In this document: piece after piece, positions 45,504 to 54,206 of the stretch
How positions within the stretch are numbered: the first letter of the stretch is position 1
Layout of the letters: every line of letters starts with the position of its first letter
Source: a virus
Lineage: Duplodnaviria; Caudoviricetes
Length of the DNA stretch: 64,000 nucleotides
Strand: one strand, 5' to 3'
IMG/VR virus record: IMGVR_UViG_2595698902_000001
Location: 216,539-280,538 of that record
Program-made: the position numbers and the translations under genes
The notes under the pieces: model-generated
Database searches by the model: none
Told to the model about the DNA's origin: nothing
What the model saw: only the letters and a program-made list of their open reading frames with translations

Positions 45504-45918
45504 AGTGACGATCCTTGACGAATTTGTACATGTCGGCGAACGATTTGAAATGATCTACCGAGTAATCGGGAATTTCCATTTCAAACTCTTCTTCGAGGGC
45601 CAGAACCATTTCGATTCGGTCCAGATCGTCTACGCCTGTATCCTCAAACGATTCGGCCATATTCTCATGCGTGATTTCTTCACCGAGAATATTTTGCACG
45701 GCGCTGAAAAAGCGACCGGCAAAAGAATGCTTATCGCCGTAGTCGATGTGGGCGCAAGCTTGCGTGCGCGGCAGCTCAGGCGCCGGGGCAGGTTCGGCAT
45801 CAGGCAGCACGCCGGTAATTTGCTCGACAGCAGCAAACAGGGTTTTCAGCTTGTGTACTACGAGCGGACTGCTAGCCATCGCAGTCAGCACGGCACGTTG
45901 TTCATTTTGAGTCAGCAT
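45496..45918 (-). CDS. protein with C-terminal acyl-carrier-protein-like domain lacking the Ppant Ser
   Basis: SFEDTGVDDLDRIEMVLALEEEFEMEIPD..HFKSFAD compared with AcpP [30 protein letters not shown]. Confidence 0.85.
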   Translation of the reverse strand: MLTQNEQRAVLTAMASSPLVVHKLKTLFAAVEQITGVLPDAEPAPAPELPRTQACAHIDYGDKHSFAGRFFSAVQNILGEEITHENMAESFEDTGVDDLDRIEMVLALEEEFEMEIPDYSVDHFKSFADMYKFVKDRHYD

Positions 45919-46168
45919 TGTTTTCCACTCCGTACAGCAGGGTTTGTCGTGCGAGTTGGTACGCACTATCAATCGGCGCAGGCGGAACATTTGGGAAATA
46001 TTGCACCGCTTGCAGGTACTCGACGATCATAGCCTCGGCTTTTTGGTCGTCCGCTTCGTAAAACAGCTCGGTCCAAACGCCTTTGATATAATCGCTCACA
46101 AAAGCTTGACCTAAGCGCTCGCTTGGGCGGTTTGCTTTCGTCCGCTTTTTCCACTCTTCAAAAGTCAT
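45902..46168 (-). CDS. hypothetical phage protein
   Basis: RLGQAF...ELFY motif. Confidence 0.65.
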   Translation of the reverse strand: MTFEEWKKRTKANRPSERLGQAFVSDYIKGVWTELFYEADDQKAEAMIVEYLQAVQYFPNVPPAPIDSAYQLARQTLLYGVENNADSK

Positions 46169-46425
46169 CGCATCAGCTTCCGAACAAGGTAGGAATTGCG
46201 GGCGTAACCAATCACGCGACAGCCCGCATGAATGTGCCCAACTTTTCCGTAGCCGCGATGGGTTTTGAAATCCGGTCGCCCGCTACGCCCATACCAAAAA
46301 CCAGAGAACAAATACATGCCCGGTTTCAACACGTCCACACGGCGCATATCCCGCTTCGTTACCGGCAGCGCAATGTAGTGTTTGCGCCATTTGCTGGTAG
46401 TGCGAACAATGGCAAACTTTTTCAT
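46165..46425 (-). CDS. small basic hypothetical protein
   Basis: 86 aa coupled ORF. Confidence 0.6.
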   Translation of the reverse strand: MKKFAIVRTTSKWRKHYIALPVTKRDMRRVDVLKPGMYLFSGFWYGRSGRPDFKTHRGYGKVGHIHAGCRVIGYARNSYLVRKLMR

Positions 46426-46790
46426 AGCGGCTCCGCTGGAATTGGATTGCGGCGAACGAAACCAAAACTCAAAACGTAGCGCGTACCGGCAACCACAGGC
46501 GACACGCTATGCAAGTGCAGGTCCGGGCGGAACAGCGTGAAAAAGCGATTGGTGAAAATCGCATCGTGGTGCTCCGGTACGCCACCAGATTTCGCGTTCC
46601 ACAAATACACGTTTAACCGGTAGTGCCGGTGGTCTGGCACAGGATCACAATGCAGGGGAATGCCAGCGCCAACCGGGTAGCGCAGAAGGTACAAATCCCA
46701 CTTGAAACGGCTGAAAAACTTCCAGCGATTAAACAGCTTTAGTTTTTCGTAGCCGGTGCCTTGTCGGCCCGCTTCCCATTTGAGTCCCAC
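46422..46790 (-). CDS. 2OG-Fe(II) oxygenase (prolyl-hydroxylase-like)
   Basis: RY..G..I..HCD, LNVYL...GG, H.V..V..G.RYVL facial-triad motifs. Confidence 0.85.
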   Translation of the reverse strand: MGLKWEAGRQGTGYEKLKLFNRWKFFSRFKWDLYLLRYPVGAGIPLHCDPVPDHRHYRLNVYLWNAKSGGVPEHHDAIFTNRFFTLFRPDLHLHSVSPVVAGTRYVLSFGFVRRNPIPAEPL

Positions 46791-46793
46791 GAT

Positions 46794-47030
46794 TCACTTC
46801 CAGAAAAACTTGGCCGGGTAACGACGGTCGGTTTTGCGCTGGGCTTCCATTGCGTAAAACAGACGGGTCAGGTCGGAGGCAGCGTGTGGCGCGTAGCGCA
46901 TCATACGGTCGCGCACAGCGCTTTCGACAGGGCCATTCGTGTGGCCGTGGCCGTCAAACAGAACGTCAAGATTTGCACCTTCGCGAAGCATACCGCGCTG
47001 GTCAAAGAATGCGTCAAGATTGAAATCCAT
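46794..47030 (-). CDS. hypothetical protein
   Basis: 78 aa ORF. Confidence 0.6.
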   Translation of the reverse strand: MDFNLDAFFDQRGMLREGANLDVLFDGHGHTNGPVESAVRDRMMRYAPHAASDLTRLFYAMEAQRKTDRRYPAKFFWK

Positions 47031-47100
47031 TTTTTTATCCTCAGTCTACCGTCATAAAAGACGCACGTTTTTGAACAGAACGTGCAAACTGTTTTACTCG

Positions 47101-47511
47101 TTACAGCGCGTCGCGCATTTTCTTGAGTTCAGCAGGCGACAGCTTTTTCAGCTCTTCGTCTTCTGCCTGCTCGATCAAACGATCCAGATGCTCACGCTTG
47201 GCTTGCTTGCTGTTTTCAGCAGCCGCCGCGTCAGCCTCGGCTTGGCGAACATCGATGATGTGTTTGACGATATCGAATTTCAGTTGCAGGATTTCGTCTT
47301 TCTTTTTGGTTTTCACGAAGCTGGTAACGCCCTGCGCTTCGATTTGCTGGTACAGGTCCAGCGCGATTGCGTCGAGATTCGGCTTGTCCGCAACCTTGCT
47401 GGTCAGCGGCAGCTCCCACAGGTTTTCCACGGTCATCAGGCCACGGGAAGTTTCGTAACGCAGTTTAGCGCGGGAAGCTTGCTCGAAAATGTTTGCGGTT
47501 TGTGCAGTCAT
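47101..47511 (-). CDS. helical phage protein, partner of the 703 aa protein
   Basis: IFEQASRAKLRY...G..TVE.LW.LPL...LKFDIVKHII; AGGA RBS. Confidence 0.75.
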   Translation of the reverse strand: MTAQTANIFEQASRAKLRYETSRGLMTVENLWELPLTSKVADKPNLDAIALDLYQQIEAQGVTSFVKTKKKDEILQLKFDIVKHIIDVRQAEADAAAAENSKQAKREHLDRLIEQAEDEELKKLSPAELKKMRDAL

Positions 47512-47543
47512 GGTGTTTTCCTTTTTACGATTTGATTTGGTGA

Positions 47544-49655
47544 TTAGAACTTGATGTTGAGGATGCGGCTCATGGAACCTTTCACCCGCACTTGCATTTC
47601 GTGACGCTGGCCGACCGAGAAGCCAAGGCCGCTCAATTGGTTTTCGCTGTACGGCGCACGCATTTGCGAAGCAACTACTTCAAACACTTTGCGATGTTGG
47701 TGCAGATCATCACGCAGGAATTCGTTGTAGAAACCACGCGACGACTCTTCGTTTGCGCAGCCTTTCAGCATGAAGAAAACGTGCTCATGGCCGATCTTCT
47801 GATCATTCCAGAAATTCGGCGAGCGGGTAATCAGATCAACCGGCACCCACGATTCGGTCGAAATACCCCACTGCTCTTTGCTCACCGAGTTGCAAGGCAG
47901 GTGGTGCTCGATGCTGAATACGCCCTTTTTCAGGGTAACGGTTGCAACGTGTACCCATTCTTTGTTTTCCAGCGGACGGTCTACTTCGTACTCGAAAATC
48001 TGACCAGCAAATTCGATTTCCGCTTTGAAGCCACCGAGGGTCGGAGCGCGCAAATCCCAGTTGTGGATTTTGCATTCGTATTTGCCGTCTTTCAGCCTCG
48101 ACAAATCAGGGAACGTGATGTTTTCAACAGGCACGTAACCTTCTGGTGCGCGATCAACATAATCCACGTCTTGTACACCACCAGAAATGCGGTCGGTGCG
48201 GTTGTTCCAGCCTACACGCTGGCCGTGGCCGTATTGGTCATGCTTGCCGTTCTTGTGTTCGCAACCCGGCATGAATACGTGCAGGTCCATCAGCGAAGCA
48301 TTGCGTTTGCCGTAGTTCCAGCTATGCGAGAAACGCAGCACGCCGTCTACACGACCGCCCTTTTCTTGCACTGCGCGGCGAATATCGGAATCGGTCATGT
48401 CGCCGTAGTACGACCACGAAAAACCGTTATCCCATTTGAACAGCGGATTTGCATCAGGATGAACCGGCGCCAGCAGGCTCACCATTTGCGGCAGGTGAAC
48501 GTTTTTCACGAACGCTTCAACGGTATCGACTTTCGGCAGAACTTTCTTGATGAAATCCTGAATCGAAATGTCTTCGGCGTGGTCGAACTTCGGCACTTCT
48601 TTTTTGGTCGGCTTGATCGAATCGAACGCACCGCCCAGCAGTTGCTTTTTGACCGAACCGTCTACGAACAAAACGTCGTTTACGGAAATGTCTTCACGCA
48701 CAGCGTAACGGCGCGGCAACGCGGTTTCCAGTTCCAGTTTCTCGACAGTCTTTTGCGCTTCGTCAATCATTTTCTGAGTGACCAGAGCTTTCGGGCGCTT
48801 GTAGTTCGGGCCTGCGACAACAGCCTCGAATTTCTTCACTGCAATTTCCAGCTCTTCGCCGCCGGTAATGTCCAGCAGTAGAGTACCGATTGCTTTGGAG
48901 TGGATGCGAGTTTTCGGCGAGCAGTTCAGCCACAGGAAAATTTCGCGATCACGATCGGTTTTCAGCTTGTTGTATTTCTGTTTCAGCTTGATCAGCAGTT
49001 CGACCGAGTGGCGGAATTCAGCGCCTTTGTACAGCGAATCTTGGTCGATCAAATCGAGCACAATTTCCGCAGCAGCATCGCTGATTTCAGTAATCGAACG
49101 GCGCAGGCCGTTAACGTCGTCTTTTGCTTGGCCGACATAATCGGATTTGTTGTTGGCCCACTGGAAAATCTTCGGTACGTCACCGTGGAAGTGGTGCCAC
49201 GTTTCGCCGGTAATTTTGCTGGTGTTTTTCGCGCAGCCGTAGCTTGGCATTTCAACCACGAACGGATGGGAGATTGGCAGCAGCTTAACCAGCGCCGACA
49301 TGGAATCCGCGACGTGCTGATAAGTCGGGTCTTCGACTTCTACGTCCCACACGGTTTTAATACCGTCTTTGTCCATGTAAATCACGGCGCCGAGATTGCG
49401 CACGAAGTTGCGGCAGTTATCGCAATCGTACTCGGTACGCTCGCGGAACATTTTGTTGGTGCCTTCGGGGAACGAGGCAAGATAATGCGCCCACAGTTGG
49501 TCGCCGGTGCTCGGGCCGTCGATCACATCACCGTTTTCGTCGAGTGCATCAGGGAATTTCACAACGAAAACATTCTGCTTTTCGCCGCCGTCCTTTTGCA
49601 GGATGGTGTTGTAGGCGTTGGTTACTGCTTGGCCGAACTTAATGAAGTTGCTCAT
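47544..49655 (-). CDS. large phage protein with CxxC motif and YfaP/DUF2135-like C-terminal domain
   Basis: YDCDNCRNF; DLHV..P..GG.QDVD..PVENI.F..G.Y...IHNW. Confidence 0.75.
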   Translation of the reverse strand: MSNFIKFGQAVTNAYNTILQKDGGEKQNVFVVKFPDALDENGDVIDGPSTGDQLWAHYLASFPEGTNKMFRERTEYDCDNCRNFVRNLGAVIYMDKDGIKTVWDVEVEDPTYQHVADSMSALVKLLPISHPFVVEMPSYGCAKNTSKITGETWHHFHGDVPKIFQWANNKSDYVGQAKDDVNGLRRSITEISDAAAEIVLDLIDQDSLYKGAEFRHSVELLIKLKQKYNKLKTDRDREIFLWLNCSPKTRIHSKAIGTLLLDITGGEELEIAVKKFEAVVAGPNYKRPKALVTQKMIDEAQKTVEKLELETALPRRYAVREDISVNDVLFVDGSVKKQLLGGAFDSIKPTKKEVPKFDHAEDISIQDFIKKVLPKVDTVEAFVKNVHLPQMVSLLAPVHPDANPLFKWDNGFSWSYYGDMTDSDIRRAVQEKGGRVDGVLRFSHSWNYGKRNASLMDLHVFMPGCEHKNGKHDQYGHGQRVGWNNRTDRISGGVQDVDYVDRAPEGYVPVENITFPDLSRLKDGKYECKIHNWDLRAPTLGGFKAEIEFAGQIFEYEVDRPLENKEWVHVATVTLKKGVFSIEHHLPCNSVSKEQWGISTESWVPVDLITRSPNFWNDQKIGHEHVFFMLKGCANEESSRGFYNEFLRDDLHQHRKVFEVVASQMRAPYSENQLSGLGFSVGQRHEMQVRVKGSMSRILNIKF

Positions 49656-49695
49656 TTACTACACTTCCTCTTTCGTCTTGGGGTGTTGCTTTTCG

Positions 49696-50013
49696 TTATT
49701 TGGCAGCGTCTATGAACGCGTCCAGAAGTTTTTGCGAGTCGGCAGGTTCCATGTCGAATATTTCGATTTCGTCAGTGGCTCGCCATTCTTGTTGCAGGTT
49801 GCCCCACGGGTCGATATACATGACCGCGTAGTCTTTACCGCTGCCCGGTGTTGCGGACGTTGAAAAATCTTGAACGATCAAACCGACAGCGTAGTACGAC
49901 ACGCCGTAGATAAGATTTGCTTCGTGCGTTTTATCACGAAAGCCTTGCAGCCTTTCGCACATCACCGACGTGATTCCAAAAACGCCACTTCTTTCTGGAA
50001 CGCGTCCTGCCAC
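49696..50013 (-). CDS. hypothetical protein
   Basis: ORF; start uncertain. Confidence 0.55.
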   Translation of the reverse strand: MAGRVPERSGVFGITSVMCERLQGFRDKTHEANLIYGVSYYAVGLIVQDFSTSATPGSGKDYAVMYIDPWGNLQQEWRATDEIEIFDMEPADSQKLLDAFIDAAK

Positions 50014-50321
50014 AATTCGGCGCGGTCGTCTCCAACAAACGGGTTTTCGCCTACGTCGCGTTCGCCTTCCTGCGCCATCATTTTACCGAGCTGCGCTGGG
50101 CTGTATTCATCGAATTCATGCTCGCGAACATACAGCACGGAAATGGAAGCGTTACCGCGATGTTTGATTTCGTCCAGCACTGGCTGCGACAGCAGGCGCA
50201 GCGAAGGGCCGTATGCCCATACACAAACGCTGCCCTCAAAAATAACGCGGTCGCCGCTCACGTCTTCTGCGACTTTTACGGTCACGTCAAAACGGCGTTT
50301 GCATTTGGTGAAGTTCATCAT
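49962..50321 (-). CDS. hypothetical protein
   Basis: 119 aa ORF. Confidence 0.6.
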   Translation of the reverse strand: MMNFTKCKRRFDVTVKVAEDVSGDRVIFEGSVCVWAYGPSLRLLSQPVLDEIKHRGNASISVLYVREHEFDEYSPAQLGKMMAQEGERDVGENPFVGDDRAELWQDAFQKEVAFLESRR

Positions 50322-50335
50322 ACAACGTGTTTCCT

Positions 50336-51193
50336 TTAAAGGTGGGTAATACCCAATTGAATTTTGTAGTAGCCGGGCGAACCGTAGACACTATCTACGA
50401 TATCTGCATTTTGGAATTGCAGCAGACCGGCATTGTTGGTCAGTACCACGTCGCCGCTATTCAGCGCGAAGTAGGTAAGGGTTACGCCGTTTTCGTCTAC
50501 GACGGAATCAGGAAAATAAATGATTGCCCGATCCAGCGTCGATACAGCGCCCTTGCTGTCTTTAACATTTACAGTTAATGCGTAGGTGAAGCCACGGCGC
50601 CAAGTGGTACGCCTCGGGCTAAGCAAATGGCCCAACATGGAACGGCCATTCATGACCTTTGCCAGTGGCGTCGGGTTCTCTACCGCATCTTCCTGTTTCG
50701 GCTCTTCGACAGCCGGGCGCATGTCGATATATTGCATACGGAAAGTGAGATTGAAATGGTGCTTGCGCATTGCTTCGCTGCACTGCTCATTGAACTTCGC
50801 ATTATCGGCAGGCCAGATGGTTGCGATATCGCGAAACTTCGCAGGCGACAGCCGCAGAAACGGCGCGTCGGTTTCTTCAAAAATGGACACAAGGCGGTTG
50901 CAAATGTTGTCGATCAACGCAGGCCATTGAGACTCGTCCACGTTGGTGACAGGAAGGCGAGAAATAAAGACTGCCGATCCGATTTGAATTTTGTACCCGC
51001 GTTCGCGCATCGCATTGCGCAAATTGGTGCGGGTAGTTGTGTGCTTTAGCAGGCCCACATTATCCATATGAGAATCGACGGTAGAGGCGAGGGCGAGGCG
51101 GGACATACGCAGCCGCGATTTGCCAGCGGCTTCGTAGGTTTTGATCAGGTTGCTGGTGATGTTCAGAAGTTGTTGCGAATATTGCTGAGTCAT
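50336..51193 (-). CDS. hypothetical protein
   Basis: 285 aa ORF. Confidence 0.7.
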   Translation of the reverse strand: MTQQYSQQLLNITSNLIKTYEAAGKSRLRMSRLALASTVDSHMDNVGLLKHTTTRTNLRNAMRERGYKIQIGSAVFISRLPVTNVDESQWPALIDNICNRLVSIFEETDAPFLRLSPAKFRDIATIWPADNAKFNEQCSEAMRKHHFNLTFRMQYIDMRPAVEEPKQEDAVENPTPLAKVMNGRSMLGHLLSPRRTTWRRGFTYALTVNVKDSKGAVSTLDRAIIYFPDSVVDENGVTLTYFALNSGDVVLTNNAGLLQFQNADIVDSVYGSPGYYKIQLGITHL

Positions 51194-51225
51194 TTTCTTT
51201 TAATCTCGTCTTCCGTCGATTTTCG

Positions 51226-51666
51226 TCAGTTGCTTTCTTGCAGGTCGAGCGTTTCGTGCAGGCCGTCGATAAACGGGTTTTTGATTGCCCGCACTTGGCC
51301 CCAAGGTTTCAAACCAATGTCAGGCATTTCGCGTGCCTGCATATCCCAAAACCATTCATCCGCATGGCGTATCACAGCACCGAGGTTGCTGGCGACCATT
51401 GCGATATAGACCGGATACGTATCCCAGCCTTTGTAGAAATAGCATTTGAAAAACGCAATTACAGCAGCACCGCTATAGGCGCACATTTGCCAGCCGGTCG
51501 GCTCACCTTTCAGGCCTACCACATGAACCGGCGCATCCGGGCACATGGCTTGAATCAGCTCTTTACGCTCTTCGATGAATGGCGCGAAAGGCTGCGACCA
51601 ATCGGCGTAAAACTTCGCAGAATGAAACGAATGCTTTTCAGCAAACGATTCGTATGTAAGTGGCAT
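51226..51666 (-). CDS. hypothetical protein
   Basis: 146 aa ORF with an AGGAGG RBS. Confidence 0.7.
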   Translation of the reverse strand: MPLTYESFAEKHSFHSAKFYADWSQPFAPFIEERKELIQAMCPDAPVHVVGLKGEPTGWQMCAYSGAAVIAFFKCYFYKGWDTYPVYIAMVASNLGAVIRHADEWFWDMQAREMPDIGLKPWGQVRAIKNPFIDGLHETLDLQESN

Positions 51667-51691
51667 AACTCTTCCTCCTGTTCCTACATAC

Positions 51692-51702
51692 TATTTACAG
51701 TT
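51692..51702 (-). promoter_or_regulatory. AACTGTAAATA motif
   Basis: Perfect intergenic copy. Confidence 0.6.
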
Positions 51703-51710
51703 TCGCTAGA

Positions 51711-51740
51711 CTACGCACTCCCGTGCAGGCGAATGCGTAG
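51711..51740 (-). repeat. conserved intergenic hairpin (GCAUUC/GAGUGC family), copy 1
   Basis: CUACGCAUUC-10nt-GAGUGCGUAG. Confidence 0.7.
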
Positions 51741-51752
51741 ACGAACCAGCTG

Positions 51753-52082
51753 TTAGTAATACAACCAACCGTCACGCAGCGGACGGCGAATGCTCATATC
51801 GTCCCATTCATCGAACCGCAAATTGAGTTTGATTACCCGTTTGCAATAACGACGGAAAGGGCGGTCTTGCAAATGGGAACGGAACCAGCGAGGCAATGCG
51901 CCTTTGGTGCCCGTGCCCAAGTAGGAACGACCGTCGCTATGGAACCGCGCTTCGGTTTTTTCTTTGTACTGTTCGTAGGTCAATCCGGCGCTGAAACGCG
52001 ACCGCCACCATTCGTTGCTTTCTTCGCAAATGTAACGGTGACGGACACAGGCCAGATCGGTACGGCGGAAAGTACGGGACAT
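51753..52082 (-). CDS. Arg-rich hypothetical phage protein
   Basis: Start MSRTFRR with a GGAG RBS. Confidence 0.65.
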   Translation of the reverse strand: MSRTFRRTDLACVRHRYICEESNEWWRSRFSAGLTYEQYKEKTEARFHSDGRSYLGTGTKGALPRWFRSHLQDRPFRRYCKRVIKLNLRFDEWDDMSIRRPLRDGWLYY

Positions 52083-52142
52083 GCAGGAAACTCCAGTTTG
52101 AATTGGCTTAATGCCACTGGGTTTCCACATACTGGAAAAACA

Positions 52143-52412
52143 TTAGTTCTCCTTTGGACCGAACCACTTATTATGTACCCACGTTGCTAGCACGATTGAG
52201 CAAGCTGCCGATGTGCCAGAAACAAGTGAATACCACCAATCGCCTTGCATGAATATTTTTGCGTAGCTGCCAACGGCCAGCACTTCAAAAACGCCCATGA
52301 CGTAAGACGTAACGAACATCCCAATCCATTTGTTATGCACCACGTTTTTGTACTGAAAACCTTTGAGGAAAACAGCAACGAACGTGATGCAGAACGCAGT
52401 CACATACAGCAT
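52143..52412 (-). CDS. 3-TM membrane protein, paralog of 28753-29127
   Basis: FVAVFLKGFQYKNV. Confidence 0.7.
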   Translation of the reverse strand: MLYVTAFCITFVAVFLKGFQYKNVVHNKWIGMFVTSYVMGVFEVLAVGSYAKIFMQGDWWYSLVSGTSAACSIVLATWVHNKWFGPKEN

Positions 52413-52609
52413 TCGATCTTGGGCCTTTGCTTGCGGAACGATTTAGCGGCTTTTGTCATGCGCTTAACGTTGTTATGCAGCACGACCGCTAAGTCGTTCG
52501 GTTCCCACGAAAAGCCAGTTATTGCGTCGAAGCTTTCGGTCACGGCATCGCGCTGCGCTTGCACAGCCATACCGCTAAAGCTAGACAGGTGATTTCTCAG
52601 TTTGTTCAT
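52400..52609 (-). CDS. hypothetical protein
   Basis: 69 aa ORF. Confidence 0.5.
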   Translation of the reverse strand: MNKLRNHLSSFSGMAVQAQRDAVTESFDAITGFSWEPNDLAVVLHNNVKRMTKAAKSFRKQRPKIECCM

Positions 52610-53261
52610 CGCCGTTTGCCTCTTCTACCTTGAACACGAACCAGCCCGGCAGCTCGCGCAGCGGGTGCGGCTCTTCGATAAGCGACAGGCCGGTTTGTTT
52701 ACCGAATTCGCTCAGGATGTATTCAAACCAATTGCGCAGCTTTGCGGCGCGCTCGTTATCGACCGGCATAGACTGGCCGGTTTGGAAACCGGTGCCGTTG
52801 CCGGTTTCCATTGTGTAAATTGCGCGGCGAATTTCTTGCAGCTCAGAGCACAGGCACGCCATCGATGCAGGCATTGGAGCGTGGCCGCGATTCTCTTTCG
52901 TATCGGCACGCAACCATTCCAACAATGCGGCGCCTTTTTCGCACTTTTCGTTGATATCGAAACGCTGGTCTTGCGTGCATGTCAGCTGCCCATAATGCGC
53001 GATTGGGTACTGGTTATGCCAGACGGTGCCGTCAGCCTCTTTCAAAATGTAGCCGTCATTTTCCGGCTCTTTGTCGTCGGCGTCCCACTCGCCTTTTACT
53101 TTGTGATGTTCGGTGACTTCCAGCAGGCGGAATTGCACGGCTGGATAATTGCCCGGCTCATGCTTGTCGAAGTTTTCCAGACGCGAATAAAACGGGTACA
53201 TGAAAGCGCCGATATTATCAGCCCACATTGTCCAGATTTTTTGACCGACTTGATAGCGCAT
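52581..53261 (-). CDS. hypothetical protein
   Basis: 226 aa ORF. Confidence 0.7.
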   Translation of the reverse strand: MRYQVGQKIWTMWADNIGAFMYPFYSRLENFDKHEPGNYPAVQFRLLEVTEHHKVKGEWDADDKEPENDGYILKEADGTVWHNQYPIAHYGQLTCTQDQRFDINEKCEKGAALLEWLRADTKENRGHAPMPASMACLCSELQEIRRAIYTMETGNGTGFQTGQSMPVDNERAAKLRNWFEYILSEFGKQTGLSLIEEPHPLRELPGWFVFKVEEANGDEQTEKSPV

Positions 53262-53272
53262 TGTGTGATTCC

Positions 53273-53674
53273 TTAGCGAGTGGTGACGGTGAACGATTGG
53301 CGTTCCATCAGTTTGGCGAAGCGGCGTTTTTCAAACGGGGTGAAGTCGTATGCAAGCATTCGCTCCCCGTAGGCCTTGGCTTCGTCTTTGCAGAAGAAAG
53401 CAGCGTTAAACGTGTGCTTGTTCGGCACGATGCCAGCAGCGCGTAAATCAAGCGTGCCGGTGTTCGACGGGCCTTGCTGGTACTTGATCGAAGGGTAGCC
53501 AGACGCCGAAAAGAATACTGCACCTTTCAGCGAGCGTTTCGCTACTTCCAAATGCCCGCCGCAGGGAATCACACGCACACAAAAGATTGTGATTCCATCG
53601 GCAATGTCTTCGGGGCGAACGCGCTGTGTTTCGATTTTGCCGATTACATTATTCGTCGTCATGGTGTCCCTCAT
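53273..53674 (-). CDS. hypothetical protein, tandem paralog of 53649-54206
   Basis: G.TIF.V...N.H.FN..F.....A..Y. Confidence 0.65.
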   Translation of the reverse strand: MRDTMTTNNVIGKIETQRVRPEDIADGITIFCVRVIPCGGHLEVAKRSLKGAVFFSASGYPSIKYQQGPSNTGTLDLRAAGIVPNKHTFNAAFFCKDEAKAYGERMLAYDFTPFEKRRFAKLMERQSFTVTTR

Positions 53675-54206
53675 AATTCACTGGCTCTTCCTCGGGAATC
53701 GGGTCCGGTTCATGACACTCCGGGTAGTCTTCTTCGTACAGCGGGTAGCTCCACGAATTGAACATTTTGTCGAATTCGTCATTGTCTAACGCAGCTTCGT
53801 AGCGCTTTCTTTCGTCGGCGGTAAAGCAGCCGCGATTGATTCGATCCAGATAACGCTGCGCGGCTCGACGTGTGCGGAACGTCGAATGGAAACTGTTTGT
53901 GCGCGGCTCGCTGATTGGCGTGCGGATGCACTGGTCGCCGGTAAAGAAACCTTCGTGAATACTCGGCACATGTTTGCCGGTTTTCGGAATGTAGATCAGA
54001 TCGGGTTTATTGCGGTGAATGTGAGGGCCTTTCTTCGGTGCAGTAAACACACGATACGACTTGATGCTTTTGCTGTAGATCGGCAGATGCGCCACACGTT
54101 CTTTTTCCACCCAACCCGTACCGCGATTAGGACCGAAAGCGTGAACGGTGTAAACGGTGACGCCTTGGCGCAATTCCTTGAACTTAATGCGGTTCGGTTT
54201 AGCCAT
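53649..54206 (-). CDS. hypothetical protein
   Basis: 185 aa ORF. Confidence 0.7.
   Translation of the reverse strand: MAKPNRIKFKELRQGVTVYTVHAFGPNRGTGWVEKERVAHLPIYSKSIKSYRVFTAPKKGPHIHRNKPDLIYIPKTGKHVPSIHEGFFTGDQCIRTPISEPRTNSFHSTFRTRRAAQRYLDRINRGCFTADERKRYEAALDNDEFDKMFNSWSYPLYEEDYPECHEPDPIPEEEPVNYEGHHDDE

Noticed and set aside
45496-46790. Biosynthetic cluster built from ACP, oxygenase, GNAT and ATP-grasp genes
   Set aside because: The ACP-like domains lack the Ppant Ser, I saw no PPTase or adenylation enzyme, and the genes are scattered.
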